A stretch of DNA of 64,000 nucleotides from Verrucomicrobiia bacterium (GCA_037441425.1 JBBISF010000005.1:6529-70528), one strand, 5' to 3'. Shown: positions 37,751 through 48,795, counted from the stretch's first letter. Program-made: numbers and translations. Notes: a model not told the origin generated them from the letters alone.

Positions 37751-39034
37751 ATGATCGCCCCGGCCTGCTCCCTCATGTGGTTCCGGCAAGACCTGCGCCT
37801 CGCCGACAATCCCGCCCTTACGGCAGCCGTCAAACGCGGCCGTCCCGTCGTGCCGGTTTACATCTGGTCGCCGGACGAGGAAGGCGACTGGCCGCCGGGC
37901 GCGGCCAGCCGGTGGTGGCTGCACCATTCGCTGGCAGCACTCGACGCCCGTCTGCGCCAGCGGGGCTCGCGATTGATCATCCGCCGGGGGCCGGCACTGC
38001 CGGCCTTGCGACAGTTGCTGAGGGAAACCGGTGCCGACCGAGTCTTCTGGAATCGCCGCTACGAACCGGTCATCGGTAAGCGTGACGCGGAAATCGAAAA
38101 GATGTTACCGGCGGAATCGTTTAACTCCGCTTTGCTGGTCGAGCCGTGGGAACTCAAACCCTACCGGGTGTTCACGCCATTCTGGCGCGCGTGTTTATCC
38201 AAGGAAATCAGGAGACCGGTGGGGCGTGTCGCCCCCGGCGCGCCACATCGTTGGCCAAGAGCATGGCCACTTGACGAGTTGGGATTGCTCCCCAAAATCG
38301 ACTGGGCTGCCGGCCTGCGTCACGCGTGGACTCCGGGCGAAATCGGCGCGCAGCGGCAACTCCGCCGCTTCACAGGGGCCGATTATGCAGCCGGCCGCGA
38401 CCGTCCGGATCTTGCCGGTACATCGCGCCTGTCGCCGCACCTGCACTTCGGCGAAATTTCACCCCGGCAACTATGGGCGGCCTGCCAACCTCATCCCGCG
38501 TATCTCCGGCAACTCATCTGGCGGGAATTCGCGTATCACCTGCTTCATCATTTTCCACGCACTCCGGACCAGCCGTTGCGGCCCGAATTCCAAAAGTTCC
38601 CGTGGCGACGGGATGTGAAATCACTGAAAGCGTGGCAACGAGGATGCACCGGTTATCCGCTTGTGGACGCCGGCCTGCGCGAACTCTGGGCGACCGGCTG
38701 GATGCACAACCGGGTGCGGATGGTGGTGGCGTCGTTCCTCGTCAAACACCTCCTCATCCCGTGGCAGGAAGGCGCACGTTGGTTCTGGGATACTCTGGTG
38801 GACGCCGATCTGGCGAACAACACACTCGGCTGGCAATGGACGGCCGGTTGCGGCGCGGACGCCGCGCCGTACTTTCGGATTTTTAATCCCACCACGCAGG
38901 CGGAAAGATTCGACCCGGACGGCGCGTATGTAAAGCGCTGGGCGCCGGAAATCAGCCGACCGATTGTGGATCACCGGCAGGCGCGTGAACGCGCCCTGGA
39001 TGCGTATGACGCGATGCGACAGGCTACCGGCTGA
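37751..39034 (+). CDS. phrB: deoxyribodipyrimidine photolyase / cryptochrome family protein
   Basis: N-terminal LMWFRQDLRLADNPAL, FAD-binding region GYPLVDAGLRELWATGWMHNRVRMVVASFLVKHL and WQWTAGCGADAAPYFRIFNP. Confidence 0.9.
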   Translation: MIAPACSLMWFRQDLRLADNPALTAAVKRGRPVVPVYIWSPDEEGDWPPGAASRWWLHHSLAALDARLRQRGSRLIIRRGPALPALRQLLRETGADRVFWNRRYEPVIGKRDAEIEKMLPAESFNSALLVEPWELKPYRVFTPFWRACLSKEIRRPVGRVAPGAPHRWPRAWPLDELGLLPKIDWAAGLRHAWTPGEIGAQRQLRRFTGADYAAGRDRPDLAGTSRLSPHLHFGEISPRQLWAACQPHPAYLRQLIWREFAYHLLHHFPRTPDQPLRPEFQKFPWRRDVKSLKAWQRGCTGYPLVDAGLRELWATGWMHNRVRMVVASFLVKHLLIPWQEGARWFWDTLVDADLANNTLGWQWTAGCGADAAPYFRIFNPTTQAERFDPDGAYVKRWAPEISRPIVDHRQARERALDAYDAMRQATG

Positions 39035-40829
39035 GGACGAAGATGGCGAGGTCGGCGTGCCGGTTGGGGTCGTCGTGGATTTCGATGTTCTGTTCGGTGT
39101 TGAGGTGAACCTGCCGGTGAATCCGGATGTTCCGCGTCCGGCAAAATTCCTGAAAGTCGAGGATCGAGAAGAACCGGCGGTTCGGGGTGTTCCACCAATC
39201 GTACCGCAGAACGCCGGCCGTCTTGGGGGACCGGCCTTCTTCGGCAATCATGCGCCGCACCGCCTCGTAGGCGAAGTTGGGGAAACTGACAATGCCCGTG
39301 CGCCCCACCCGCAACATATCCGCCACCAGGCCTTCGGTGTCCTGCACCGCTTGCAGCGTCTGCGAGAGCACCACGCAGTCGAATTGGCCGTCGGCAAACG
39401 TCCGCAATCCCCGGTTGAGGTCGGCGTGCACCACGTCCAGCCCGCGGCGGACGCAGGTGACGATGGCGTGTTCGTCCAACTCCACACCGACCAGCCGGTG
39501 ATGATCGCGTTGTTTGAGTCGCGCCAACAATCCGCCCCGGCCGCAACCGAGGTCGAGCACGCTCGCGCCGCGCGGAATGAGTTCGAGAATGAGATCGTAG
39601 TCGAGCCGCCGGCGGTGAAAGATACTGGTCGGCGCGTGGCCGTGCGTTTCCTCGTCGGGAACATCCGTCCCCGGCGCGCCGGACAGGTTGGCCAGAAACG
39701 CGCGCAGCAGTTCGCCATACCGGTCGAGTTCGTTCGGCAGGAGAAACGCATCGTGCCCACAATCGCTGACCACGTTGCAGTAACTGACCGGCGTGTTGTT
39801 GGCGATGAGCGCCTGCACCAGATCGCGCGACTGTTCCGGCGGGAACAACCAATCGCTCGTGAAACTGACCACCAACCATCGCGACCGGGTGACCGCCAGA
39901 TTGGCCGCCAATTCCGCCGGCGTGCCGCCCAAGTCGAATAAATCCATCGCCAGCGAAAGCGTCACGTAACTGTTGGCGTCAAACCGTTCGACGAACTTTT
40001 GCCCCTGATAGCCGAGATAGGAGCCAACGGAGAATTGTTTTTCAAATTCGACCGGCACGTCACGCGGCTTCAGCCGGTCGGCTTCGAACTTTTGGCTCAT
40101 CGCTTCCCGGGACAGATAGGTGATATGCCCGATCATCCGGGCCAACGCGAGACCGACCTCCGGGCCGTCGGGTTTGTCGTAGTATTGGCCGCCGTGAAAA
40201 TGCGGGTCGCGCCGAATCGCGTTGCGACCAACCACGTCGAACGCGAGTGCTTGGCTGGTCAACCTCGGCGAGGTGGCCAACGCGATCACACCCGTCACCT
40301 TGTCGGGATGCCGGGTGGCCCACGTCAACGCCTGGTGTCCCCCCATCGAACCGCCGGTCACCGCGAGCAACTTGGTGACGCCGAGCCGCTCCAGCAATCG
40401 GCGTTGCGCTTCAACCATGTCGCGAATGGTGATCACCGGGAAATCGCGGCCGTACGGCTGACCGGTTTCGGGGTTGAGGCTGCCGGGGCCGGTGCTGCCC
40501 CGGCACCCGCCAAGCAAGTTCGGGCAAATCACGAAGTACCGGTCGGTATCAATGGGGTTACCGGGGCCGACCACGATGTCCCACCAACCGGGATCATCGT
40601 CGGCGTCATGCTGGGCCACGTGTGAATCGCCGCTGATGGCGTGGCAAATCAGAATGGCGTTATCTTTGGCGGGACTGAGTTTGCCGTACGTCTCGTAAGC
40701 CATCGTGACGCTGCGCAACTCCCCACCGAGTTCGAGTGAAAACGGTCCGTCAAACGTCACGCTCTGCACGTGCTTCAACGGTCGCGCGTGCCGGACGCTG
40801 TCACTGCTGTCGAGAAGGTCATCAGCCAT
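39024..40829 (-). CDS. metX: homoserine O-acetyltransferase MetX fused to methionine-biosynthesis methyltransferase-like MetW
   Basis: N-terminal alpha/beta hydrolase MetX (VTGGSMGGHQALTWA with the serine-nucleophile motif GGSMGG). The C-terminal roughly 200 aa is MetW-like SAM methyltransferase (VLDLGCGRGGLLARL...). One 601-aa ORF. Confidence 0.85.
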   Translation of the reverse strand: MADDLLDSSDSVRHARPLKHVQSVTFDGPFSLELGGELRSVTMAYETYGKLSPAKDNAILICHAISGDSHVAQHDADDDPGWWDIVVGPGNPIDTDRYFVICPNLLGGCRGSTGPGSLNPETGQPYGRDFPVITIRDMVEAQRRLLERLGVTKLLAVTGGSMGGHQALTWATRHPDKVTGVIALATSPRLTSQALAFDVVGRNAIRRDPHFHGGQYYDKPDGPEVGLALARMIGHITYLSREAMSQKFEADRLKPRDVPVEFEKQFSVGSYLGYQGQKFVERFDANSYVTLSLAMDLFDLGGTPAELAANLAVTRSRWLVVSFTSDWLFPPEQSRDLVQALIANNTPVSYCNVVSDCGHDAFLLPNELDRYGELLRAFLANLSGAPGTDVPDEETHGHAPTSIFHRRRLDYDLILELIPRGASVLDLGCGRGGLLARLKQRDHHRLVGVELDEHAIVTCVRRGLDVVHADLNRGLRTFADGQFDCVVLSQTLQAVQDTEGLVADMLRVGRTGIVSFPNFAYEAVRRMIAEEGRSPKTAGVLRYDWWNTPNRRFFSILDFQEFCRTRNIRIHRQVHLNTEQNIEIHDDPNRHADLAIFVLSR

Positions 40830-40840
40830 GCAGTTCAGAT

Positions 40841-42148
40841 TTACTTCTGCGATGTCTTCAGCGCCTGATCCAAATCCGCCGTGATGTCACGAATGTCTTC
40901 CAACCCAACCGATAACCGGACGTATTCCGGCGTGACACCGGTTTGTGTCTGCTCCTCCGGTGTGAGTTGCGAATGCGTCGTGGATGCCGGATGGATGATC
41001 AACGATTTTGCGTCACCGATGTTGGCGAGATGACTGAACAGCTTCACGCTGTTGATCAGCTTCTTGCCGGCCGCCATGCCGCCTTTGATGCCGAACCCAA
41101 GGATCGCGCCGCAACCATCCGGCAGATAGTTCTTCGCGCTGGCGTGATGCGGATGATCGGGCAAGCCGGGATAATTCACCCATTGCACGGCTGGATGTTT
41201 CTTCAGGAACTGCGCGACCGCCAGTGCGTTCTCGCAGTGGCGCGGCATCCGGAGATGCAACGTTTCCAAGCCCAGCAGAAACAGCGACGCCGCATATGGA
41301 CTCATGCAGCTGCCGGTATCCCGCAACCAGTGGGTGCGAATGTGAATGATGTACGCGATGTTGCCGATAGGTTTCAGCGCCTCGGTGAAGACCACGCCGT
41401 GATAAGCCGGGTCGGGCGCGCCGAACTCCGGCCATTTCTTCGGGTTGTCCGCCCACGGAAACTTCGCGCTGTCCACAATCGCACCGCCGATGTGCATTCC
41501 GTGACCGCCGATGAACTTCGTCGTCGAATACACCACGATGTCCATCCCGTGCTCAATGGGCCGCAGCAACGCCGGGGTCATCACCGTATTATCAATGATT
41601 GTCGGCAGCCCGTGTTTGTGGGCAAGGTCAGCAATCTTCTTGAAATCCGGCACGTCGTTCTTCGGATTGCCGAGTGATTCGAGATAAACGCAACGCGTGT
41701 TCTTGTCCACGAGCTTGTTGATCTCTTCCGGCTTGTTCGGGTCGAAGAACCGCACCTCGATGCCGAGCTTCGTGAGCGTCTGCGTGAACAGCGTCCACGT
41801 ACCGCCGTAGAGACTGGTCGCGGAGATGAAATTCTGTCCGGCATGGGTGATCGTCAAAATCGCCGCCGTAATCGCCGCCTGTCCGCTGGCAAAGGCCAAC
41901 CCGGCCGCGCCGCCGTCGAGCGCCGCGAGCCGCTTCTCCAGCACATCATTGGTCGGGTTCATCAACCGGCTGTAGATGTTCCCGAATTCTTTCAGCGCGA
42001 ACAGATTCGCCGCGTGATCCGTGTCCTTGAACACGTAACTCGTCGTGGCGTAAATCGGCACCGCGCGCGAGCCGGTAGTCGGATCGGGCGTCTGCCCGGC
42101 ATGAAGCGCCAACGTTCCCAAACGATGACCAGATTCAGGTGTGGACAT
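40841..42148 (-). CDS. metY: O-acetylhomoserine aminocarboxypropyltransferase (PLP-dependent)
   Basis: Cys/Met-metabolism PLP enzyme family ([13 protein letters not shown]...; lysine region [10 protein letters not shown]). Adjacent to metX. Confidence 0.85.
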   Translation of the reverse strand: MSTPESGHRLGTLALHAGQTPDPTTGSRAVPIYATTSYVFKDTDHAANLFALKEFGNIYSRLMNPTNDVLEKRLAALDGGAAGLAFASGQAAITAAILTITHAGQNFISATSLYGGTWTLFTQTLTKLGIEVRFFDPNKPEEINKLVDKNTRCVYLESLGNPKNDVPDFKKIADLAHKHGLPTIIDNTVMTPALLRPIEHGMDIVVYSTTKFIGGHGMHIGGAIVDSAKFPWADNPKKWPEFGAPDPAYHGVVFTEALKPIGNIAYIIHIRTHWLRDTGSCMSPYAASLFLLGLETLHLRMPRHCENALAVAQFLKKHPAVQWVNYPGLPDHPHHASAKNYLPDGCGAILGFGIKGGMAAGKKLINSVKLFSHLANIGDAKSLIIHPASTTHSQLTPEEQTQTGVTPEYVRLSVGLEDIRDITADLDQALKTSQK

Positions 42149-42219
42149 AGATTCTCCTCATCAGTTCGCGCCTTGTTTAGGCCAGCCCGGCGGTCGGGTC
42201 AAGCAGGGACTACCCGCAA

Positions 42220-43272
42220 CTATTTGGCCGTCGTCAAGGCTGCGCGCTTCTCGCAAATCAACTTGAGCAACGCTTTGTGCGGGTCGGCGAACTTGGCGGT
42301 GCCTTCTTCCATCAACTTGGCTTCCAGCTTCTGCTGATCAACTAAGCGATCGATCTCGTCGAGAACCGTCTGTGCCGGGAGTTTGTCCACTTGCCGGGTG
42401 TAGGTCTTGCCGGTTTTCTCGACAGCGTCGTTGGTGGCGGGCGGGTTGGTTTGGATGTCGCTGCCGGCAAGGGCTTCGACGTATTTGTCGGGGGCATCGG
42501 TCGGCTTCTTGGTGCCGGTGCTGGCGAAGATGATTTCTTGCTGGAGCGGACACTTCTTGTCCTTCCAAAACGCCTGGTTGAGCCGCCACAGCCGCTTGGC
42601 GTTGACGATGCCGACCTGGCCTTGCGCGGCCGGGCTGAGTTGCGGGATATGCTTCTCCGTGTACACGTCCACCCGGGAGACGAAGATCGAGTACACGCTT
42701 TTGAACTGGTCGAGTGACTTGCGCCGTTGCGCGCCGCGCCAGACGGCTTCCCGGGCGATCTTGTATTGGCGCTCGGAGAAGATCAGGGTGACGTTGAGAT
42801 TGATGCCGGCGGCGGCAAGTTCTTCCAACGCATCCAAACCCGCTGGGGTGGACGGAACTTTGATGAGGCGGTTGGCGCGGTTGGTGCCGGCTTGCTTGCC
42901 TTGCGCGATGTAACGACGGACACGCTCGGCATGAGGCGGGCCGAGTTGGAGGTCTTCGAGGAGCGGATCGAGTTCGTAGCTGACGTAACCATCGTTGCCG
43001 CGCGCCTGGTCCCAGACGGGGCGGAAAACTTTTTGGGCTTCGCTGACCAAGTGTTCCGTGAGTTGCCACGCGATGGCTTCATCATCCAGACCTTCCGTGA
43101 CGAGTTGCCGGATGCGGGCGTCGAGGATGCCGGTCTTGATGATGTCGGAGATGATGATGGGGTTGGATGTGGCCCCAGTCGCGCCGAGGGCGCGGTTCTT
43201 TTTCACCAAGTCAGGCTCAACCGAGTCCAGCCAAAGTTTCGTGCCGGTGGCGATCAATGATTTCAGGGACAT
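42220..43272 (-). CDS. tal: transaldolase
   Basis: LWLDSVEPD...TSNPII...VSRVD transaldolase motifs. Start at the internal ATG at 43272 gives about 350 aa. Confidence 0.85.
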   Translation of the reverse strand: MSLKSLIATGTKLWLDSVEPDLVKKNRALGATGATSNPIIISDIIKTGILDARIRQLVTEGLDDEAIAWQLTEHLVSEAQKVFRPVWDQARGNDGYVSYELDPLLEDLQLGPPHAERVRRYIAQGKQAGTNRANRLIKVPSTPAGLDALEELAAAGINLNVTLIFSERQYKIAREAVWRGAQRRKSLDQFKSVYSIFVSRVDVYTEKHIPQLSPAAQGQVGIVNAKRLWRLNQAFWKDKKCPLQQEIIFASTGTKKPTDAPDKYVEALAGSDIQTNPPATNDAVEKTGKTYTRQVDKLPAQTVLDEIDRLVDQQKLEAKLMEEGTAKFADPHKALLKLICEKRAALTTAK

Positions 43273-43427
43273 AAATGTTCTCTTTCCGGGGGTATCTGCT
43301 GCGGCAGCATACGATGACCCTGCAACCGAGTCCAGCGGTTTGCGTGGTAAGCATGGGAACCGGTGGGACTTCCGTTGATGCCGTTGGGGGCGACTTGGCA
43401 CGCATCCCGCGTTGAGGGGAAGGAGCG

Positions 43428-44612
43428 ATGTCGAGTCCGTCCATGGAAATAGTGGGCAGTGAAATCCCAACGGCGGTGTCGTCCCGGGCAACCAAACGGG
43501 TCTTGATTATCGAAGACGACCGGCTGCTGGCGCGGATTTACTGGCGTAAGTTGTCGCTGGAGGGCTACTCCGCCAACCTGGCCACCGACGGCGTGCGCGG
43601 GCTGGAACTGGTGCAAGCGGAGAAGCCCGATCTGGTTGTGTTGGATTTGATGTTGCCCAGGATGAACGGGGTGGATGTGTTGCGGAGTCTGCGGCAGGAC
43701 CCGGCTACTCATCACTTGCCCGTGATTGTGTTCACCAATGTTTACTTGGGCGACTGGGCCGAGCAGGCCCGGGAAGCCGGCGCCACGCGGATGCTCTCCA
43801 AATCCCAAGACTCACCGGACAAGTTGCTCCGCGAAATCCAAAGCCTGATCGGCAAGAGTCAGTCGCCAACGTTCGTCCCGGCAACCGAACAAACCGCAGC
43901 ACCCGCCCCGGAGCTGCGCCAGAATTTTCTAAACGCGGCGCCCCAGCTCACGAAAGAGTTGCAGGAAATGCTCAACGCGTTCCTCCTGCGTGGCAGCGGC
44001 GATCTGTCGCGCGTGGTGGAACTGGAACAGAAAGTCAAACTCCTCGCGGCGCAGGCGGCGGTTGACGGTTTCCCGTTGATTGCTCACATGGCGACCACGC
44101 TCGACGCCTTGTTGAAGGACCTTAGCGACCGCCCCCAAGCCATCACCCCGTCCGCCCGGCAAACCATCACTGACGGCGTGATGTGTTTGACCGCTCTGTT
44201 CGCGCTGGCGGAGCAACCGGCGGAGTGCAGTTTCTCCCGACTCAACGTTCTGGCGGTGGATGACGATCCCGTGTCGCTCCGGTTGATCACCTACGCGCTC
44301 GGTCGGCTGCGCCTGCGGACCCAGTGCGTGGAAAAACCGGTCTTCGCCCGGCAACTCCTGATCGAAACAACATTTGATCTGATCTTGTTGGACATTGAAA
44401 TGCCGGAACTGACCGGCCCGCAACTCTGTGCGGAACTGCGTCAGTGGCCCGCCAACGTCCACACGCCGGTGATCTTCGTAACCGGCGTCAAAGAGTTCGA
44501 CCGCCGGCAGGACGCAATTGCCCACGGGGCCGACGATCTGATCGCCAAGCCCTTTCTCTCCACCGAACTCGGCGTCAAAGCCCTGACCCGGCTGCTCACC
44601 GCCCGCGGTTGA
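43428..44612 (+). CDS. tandem-receiver response regulator (REC, helical HPt-like linker, REC)
   Basis: REC1 KRVLIIEDD...[10 protein letters not shown] and REC2 [10 protein letters not shown]...[10 protein letters not shown]. The central roughly 110-aa helical segment is HPt-like but has no His at the expected position ([14 protein letters not shown]). Confidence 0.8.
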   Translation: MSSPSMEIVGSEIPTAVSSRATKRVLIIEDDRLLARIYWRKLSLEGYSANLATDGVRGLELVQAEKPDLVVLDLMLPRMNGVDVLRSLRQDPATHHLPVIVFTNVYLGDWAEQAREAGATRMLSKSQDSPDKLLREIQSLIGKSQSPTFVPATEQTAAPAPELRQNFLNAAPQLTKELQEMLNAFLLRGSGDLSRVVELEQKVKLLAAQAAVDGFPLIAHMATTLDALLKDLSDRPQAITPSARQTITDGVMCLTALFALAEQPAECSFSRLNVLAVDDDPVSLRLITYALGRLRLRTQCVEKPVFARQLLIETTFDLILLDIEMPELTGPQLCAELRQWPANVHTPVIFVTGVKEFDRRQDAIAHGADDLIAKPFLSTELGVKALTRLLTARG

Positions 44613-44621
44613 TCGGCGCGG

Positions 44622-44972
44622 TCACAACAACTCCCGCACTTTTTCCGGGGGACGACCGATAACGGCGCGCTCGCCACGGACCACGATCGGGCGTTGCATG
44701 AGGATGGGGTGTCGGGCCAGGGCGGCCAAAAGTTCCGCCTCGGACTTGCCGGGCGCGCCGAGGTGGAGTTTCTGAAATTCATCTTCCCCGTCGCGGAGAA
44801 TGTCGCGCACCGACAGGCCGAGCTTCTTGAGCAACGCCTTGAGTTCACCAGCGCTCAATGGGTGCTGGAGGTATTCGACGATTTGCGGCTGGATTCCCCG
44901 CTTCTGCAACACTTCCAGCGTTTGCCGGCTCTTCGAACACCGGGGGTTGTGGTAGATGATAAACTCACTCAT
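44622..44972 (-). CDS. arsC: ArsC-family arsenate reductase / redox protein
   Basis: IIYHNPRCSKSRQTLEVL with the catalytic Cys in the ArsC/Spx-family position; 116 aa. Confidence 0.7.
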   Translation of the reverse strand: MSEFIIYHNPRCSKSRQTLEVLQKRGIQPQIVEYLQHPLSAGELKALLKKLGLSVRDILRDGEDEFQKLHLGAPGKSEAELLAALARHPILMQRPIVVRGERAVIGRPPEKVRELL

Positions 44973-45024
44973 GGCGCGAGGATAATTGCTTTTCGGGCGG
45001 GTCGCGATTAAAAATCGCCCCGCA

Positions 45025-46728
45025 ATGAGGTGGCGGCTGGCAATCGCGTTGGTGGTGGTGGCAGTGCTTTATGTCTGCCACGTGCATCTGAAGACGGCCA
45101 AGATTTTTGCCAACCCGACTTGGGATGGCCACGACGATACCGGCCAGTTCTGGAGTGAGTGTGCGGTTCATTACCGGCTCGCCAAGTTCTTCGCGACGCA
45201 TCCAGTCCGGGATTGGGAAGCATTGAGCCGTGACCGCAAGATTCAATATCCGGACCCGACCGACGATTGGGCGGAATTCACCATTGCGATGGAGGTGCCG
45301 GTGGGGGTTTTGTACCGGTGGTGCCAACCGGCAATTCCATTTCACGTGTGGGTGGTCTGGTACGACTGCGTGGTGTCGAGCCTGACACTGTTTGCGCTGT
45401 TCTTCCTCGCCCGGTCCTTGTGGCAGTCGGATTTTGCCGGGGTGATGGCGAGTGTGTTGTATGCCGGATTGTACCCGAGCTACGGGCGGACGGTGAAGAA
45501 TCTGTTTTTGAAGGAAGATTTTGCGATTCCCTTGATTGTGCTGGCGGTCTTTCTTTCGATCCGCATGTTGCAAGACGAACGCGTCCGCTATCAGGTGGGC
45601 GCCGGGTTGATGTGGCTCGTCGCGCTGGCCAGTTGGCATTTGACGCAATTTCTGCTGGCGGTGGCCGTGGGAGCGGTGGTGTTGGTGTATCTCGGGAAAG
45701 GTGAGACGCCCCGGCGTCCGTGGTTGGTGCTCGTGCTGACCGCCGGGGCGTTGTGCGTGCCGGTGTTGCGCGCGAAACAGTTCTACATTTCGCCGATGAT
45801 GTGTACGGTGTGGGCGCTGACGTTGGCGGCGTGGATTGATGGGGGGCGCCAAAAGGCGGCGCTGGTGTTTGCCGGATGGTTGGTGGCGTTTTTGGCGGTG
45901 GGCGCGGTGATGGGCAAATCCCTCGGCGAATATGCGCATGTGTACGAGTTGTTTTTCAACAAGCTCCGGTATCTTGGCGAGAAGCCCGCCGATCCGAAGG
46001 CGTTGCCGTGGGAGGCGCGGTGTTTGTGGGAGAGCGCGTTTGAGACGGCGCGCTGGAGCGAATGGTGGCACAGTTTGCTGTGGTGCGGGCCGCTGGCAAT
46101 CGTGGGCGTGTGGGGCGTAAACCGCAGGAGCGTGGAGCGCAATGTGTTTGTGGTATTCACGTTGTTGCTGGTGCCGTTGAGTTGGATGGTGTTGCGGTAT
46201 TTTACGTTTCTCGGCTGGGCGGCGGCGGTGCTGGCGGCCGGGGTGGCGACCAAACGGATCGGGTGGAAGGTGGTGGTGGTGGCTGCCGCCGTGTGGCAAT
46301 TGGCGACGCTGAACTTCCAGCCGTTGGACCGCGCGCCGGTGGTGCCGGCCGATTACAAACCGGTTGTGCAATGGATCAACGCCAACACGCCGCCGAACGC
46401 CGTGATGCTGGCTTCGATTGCCGAGTCGCCGGTGCTGCTGGCGTACACGGGGCGACCGATCATTCTGCAATCGAAATTCGAGAACCGGGAAATTCGGGAG
46501 CGGGATCGGGAGTTTCTCGCGGCGGCGTACGGAAACGCGGATGCCCTGTACAATTACTGCCGGAAATATGGCGCGGATTACTTCGTGTGGGATTCCGGCT
46601 TCTTGTCGGCAACGCGAAAATACAAAGCCGGCAATGTCGCCGCGGTGCCGGTCTGGCCCGACAAATCCCCGCACTTCCGGTTGGAATTTTCAACGCCCCG
46701 GTTTGCGGTATTTCGCGTGTTGAAATAG
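45025..46728 (+). CDS. large multipass membrane protein, possible GT-C-fold glycosyltransferase
   Basis: About 12 predicted TM helices plus a C-terminal soluble domain, lying directly upstream of the exosortase/EPS genes. Assigned by architecture only. Confidence 0.4.
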   Translation: MRWRLAIALVVVAVLYVCHVHLKTAKIFANPTWDGHDDTGQFWSECAVHYRLAKFFATHPVRDWEALSRDRKIQYPDPTDDWAEFTIAMEVPVGVLYRWCQPAIPFHVWVVWYDCVVSSLTLFALFFLARSLWQSDFAGVMASVLYAGLYPSYGRTVKNLFLKEDFAIPLIVLAVFLSIRMLQDERVRYQVGAGLMWLVALASWHLTQFLLAVAVGAVVLVYLGKGETPRRPWLVLVLTAGALCVPVLRAKQFYISPMMCTVWALTLAAWIDGGRQKAALVFAGWLVAFLAVGAVMGKSLGEYAHVYELFFNKLRYLGEKPADPKALPWEARCLWESAFETARWSEWWHSLLWCGPLAIVGVWGVNRRSVERNVFVVFTLLLVPLSWMVLRYFTFLGWAAAVLAAGVATKRIGWKVVVVAAAVWQLATLNFQPLDRAPVVPADYKPVVQWINANTPPNAVMLASIAESPVLLAYTGRPIILQSKFENREIRERDREFLAAAYGNADALYNYCRKYGADYFVWDSGFLSATRKYKAGNVAAVPVWPDKSPHFRLEFSTPRFAVFRVLK

Positions 46729-47057
46729 GATGTCGCCGTTGGGCTGCAAGAGGACGCCGTTCACGTCCGCCCGGATGGCGACGGCGTTCTCGGCGTGGGC
46801 GCGCGGCACCATTGGACATTCGTCGTATCTCCTGTGCCTGCCGGTAAAGCGCGGCGTGTGCGAAAATGAACGTGTCCGGCAACCGTGGGGATGGCGGGCG
46901 GCAACCGACTAATCCACAAACCCCCGCGACGACGAGCCACCGCAGAATTTTCATGCCGGGTACGCTAGCGCAAGGGCTTACGCTGAACAAGGCTCGTTAT
47001 TTGACACCTTCCGGCCGAGTCGGTAAACTAATTGCTTTATAGATCGCGCGCCGGCGC

Positions 47058-48041
47058 ATGGATAAACCGCCTTTAACAGGAAGTATCAAGCTGCCCACCA
47101 CCGCAACCGGTTGGATGAGGTGGGTTCTCGGGGCCATCATTGTCGGCTTGATTGGTTACGGCTATTTTGTTCAGCCGGTGGACCTCCACTTCACCTGCGC
47201 CACGTGGTTGTACAATCAATGGACTTGGCCGGGAACGAACTACTCCCATGGACCGCTCGTGCCGCTGATCGCGCTGGGACTAATGGCGATGAAGCATCGG
47301 GAGATCCGCGCGGTCCGCTTTTCCCCCGTGATGTCCGCCGCCTGGATCATCGTGGTTGCCATGGCGTTTTATTATCTGGGGGTAAAAGGGATGCAGCCCC
47401 GTATCCAAGTCGGGGCGTTGGTCCTGCTGTTGTGGGGCCTCACGCTGACCTTGGGTGGCCGGCAGTTATTTGGGGAGTTGGTGTTTCCGATCGGATTCCT
47501 GGTGTTGATGATTCCGCTGAACTTTCTGGATGGCGTGCTCGGCTTCCCGCTGCAAATTCTGATGGCCAAGATTTCCACCGGCGTCCTGAACGGGATGGGC
47601 ATGGAAGCGCAGCGCGTCGGCAGCGGCATCCGCACGCCGGTGTTCAATTTCGACGTCGCCAGTCCGTGCAGCGGCATTCGCTCGCTCATGGCGCTGATGA
47701 CCGTGACGGCGGCGTTTGGTTACCTGACGCAACGCCGGCTTTGGAAACGCGTGGTGTTGTTTCTGGCGGCGATTCCGTTGGCGGTGATGGGGAACGTGTG
47801 CCGGGTGTTGGGGATCGCGTTGGTGGGTCAGATTTACGGCGCCAAACTCGCCATGGAAGTTCACGACACTGTGGCGGGATTCATCGTCTACGGCGTAGCC
47901 CTCGCGTGCATGGTGGCCTTCGGTCTCCTGCTGAACGTGCCGCTTCGCCCGATCATCGACAAGTGGCTTCAGCCCCTTCAACCCGCGACCGCCAACCAAG
48001 AAGCGCCGACCGCGCAGCAAAGGAAGGAAAACCATGAGTGA
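47058..48041 (+). CDS. exosortase (Xrt family transpeptidase)
   Basis: Eight-TM protein with the exosortase signature Cys (FDVASPCSGIRSLMAL) and a downstream Arg/Asn pair (GNVCRVLGIALVG). Confidence 0.75.
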   Translation: MDKPPLTGSIKLPTTATGWMRWVLGAIIVGLIGYGYFVQPVDLHFTCATWLYNQWTWPGTNYSHGPLVPLIALGLMAMKHREIRAVRFSPVMSAAWIIVVAMAFYYLGVKGMQPRIQVGALVLLLWGLTLTLGGRQLFGELVFPIGFLVLMIPLNFLDGVLGFPLQILMAKISTGVLNGMGMEAQRVGSGIRTPVFNFDVASPCSGIRSLMALMTVTAAFGYLTQRRLWKRVVLFLAAIPLAVMGNVCRVLGIALVGQIYGAKLAMEVHDTVAGFIVYGVALACMVAFGLLLNVPLRPIIDKWLQPLQPATANQEAPTAQQRKENHE

Positions 48042-48792
48042 CATTCCCGTCAATCCTACCGCGACCACTCCCGCCGCGCCATCGCGCGGGCCGAGCATCA
48101 AACAACTGGCCATCGTGGTGGCCATTCTGGCAGCCGGCATTGTGGTCACGGCGCTGACCTCCGACGTGAAAAAGGTTTCCGAACCCGGTGTGCGTCTGGT
48201 CAACGACGCGCCCTATCTGGATGCGCAAATTGGCCTCTGGCAGGGCGGACCTGAGGAAGGGTTGAGCGAACAGGAACGCTCCATCTTGCCGCAGGACACC
48301 GAGGGCGCGCGGCGACTCTACAAAGACAATGCCGGCCATCAGATTTACTGCTCGATCATTTTGGCGGGGCGGGACGTGACCAGTATCCACCGTCCGGAGA
48401 TGTGTCTGCCCGGTCAGGGCTGGACCATCGAGTCCGAACACGTGGTCGCCATCCCGGTGGCTAGCGCTCGTGGCGGGGTCCTGCGGGTGATGCGGATGAA
48501 CACCTCCCGGGAGGTTCGGTTGGAGGACGGCCGGACGTTGCCGTATCACGCGATTTTTGTGTACTGGTTTGTCGGGAAGGGGCGGGAGACGCCGTACCAT
48601 TGGCAGCGCATCTTGTGGACGACGAAAGATCGCGTTCTCCATAACACCAACCACCGCTGGGCGTACATCTTGATCAACGAACCGGCGATTCCGACCAGCG
48701 CGCAGGAAGACGTCAAACAAGCGGAAGACGCGGCCATGAAACTGACCGCGACGTTTATCCAGAACCTGTATCCCACCTTGATACCCAAGTAA
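48034..48792 (+). CDS. EpsI-family exosortase-associated protein
   Basis: N-terminal anchor, then HRPEMCLPGQGW (EpsI hallmark H.PE.CLPG.GW). Overlaps the exosortase end by 8 nt. Confidence 0.7.
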   Translation: MSDIPVNPTATTPAAPSRGPSIKQLAIVVAILAAGIVVTALTSDVKKVSEPGVRLVNDAPYLDAQIGLWQGGPEEGLSEQERSILPQDTEGARRLYKDNAGHQIYCSIILAGRDVTSIHRPEMCLPGQGWTIESEHVVAIPVASARGGVLRVMRMNTSREVRLEDGRTLPYHAIFVYWFVGKGRETPYHWQRILWTTKDRVLHNTNHRWAYILINEPAIPTSAQEDVKQAEDAAMKLTATFIQNLYPTLIPK

Positions 48793-48795
48793 CCC

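Noticed and set aside
46460-46990. 176-aa minus-strand ORF whose internal Met gives a lipoprotein-like start (MKILRWLVVAGVCGLVGC)
   Set aside because: Only the first ~20 residues look protein-like. The rest is Arg/Pro-rich and overlaps the upstream membrane-protein gene on the other strand. A tiny lipoprotein gene cannot be excluded, but there is no support beyond the signal-like start.
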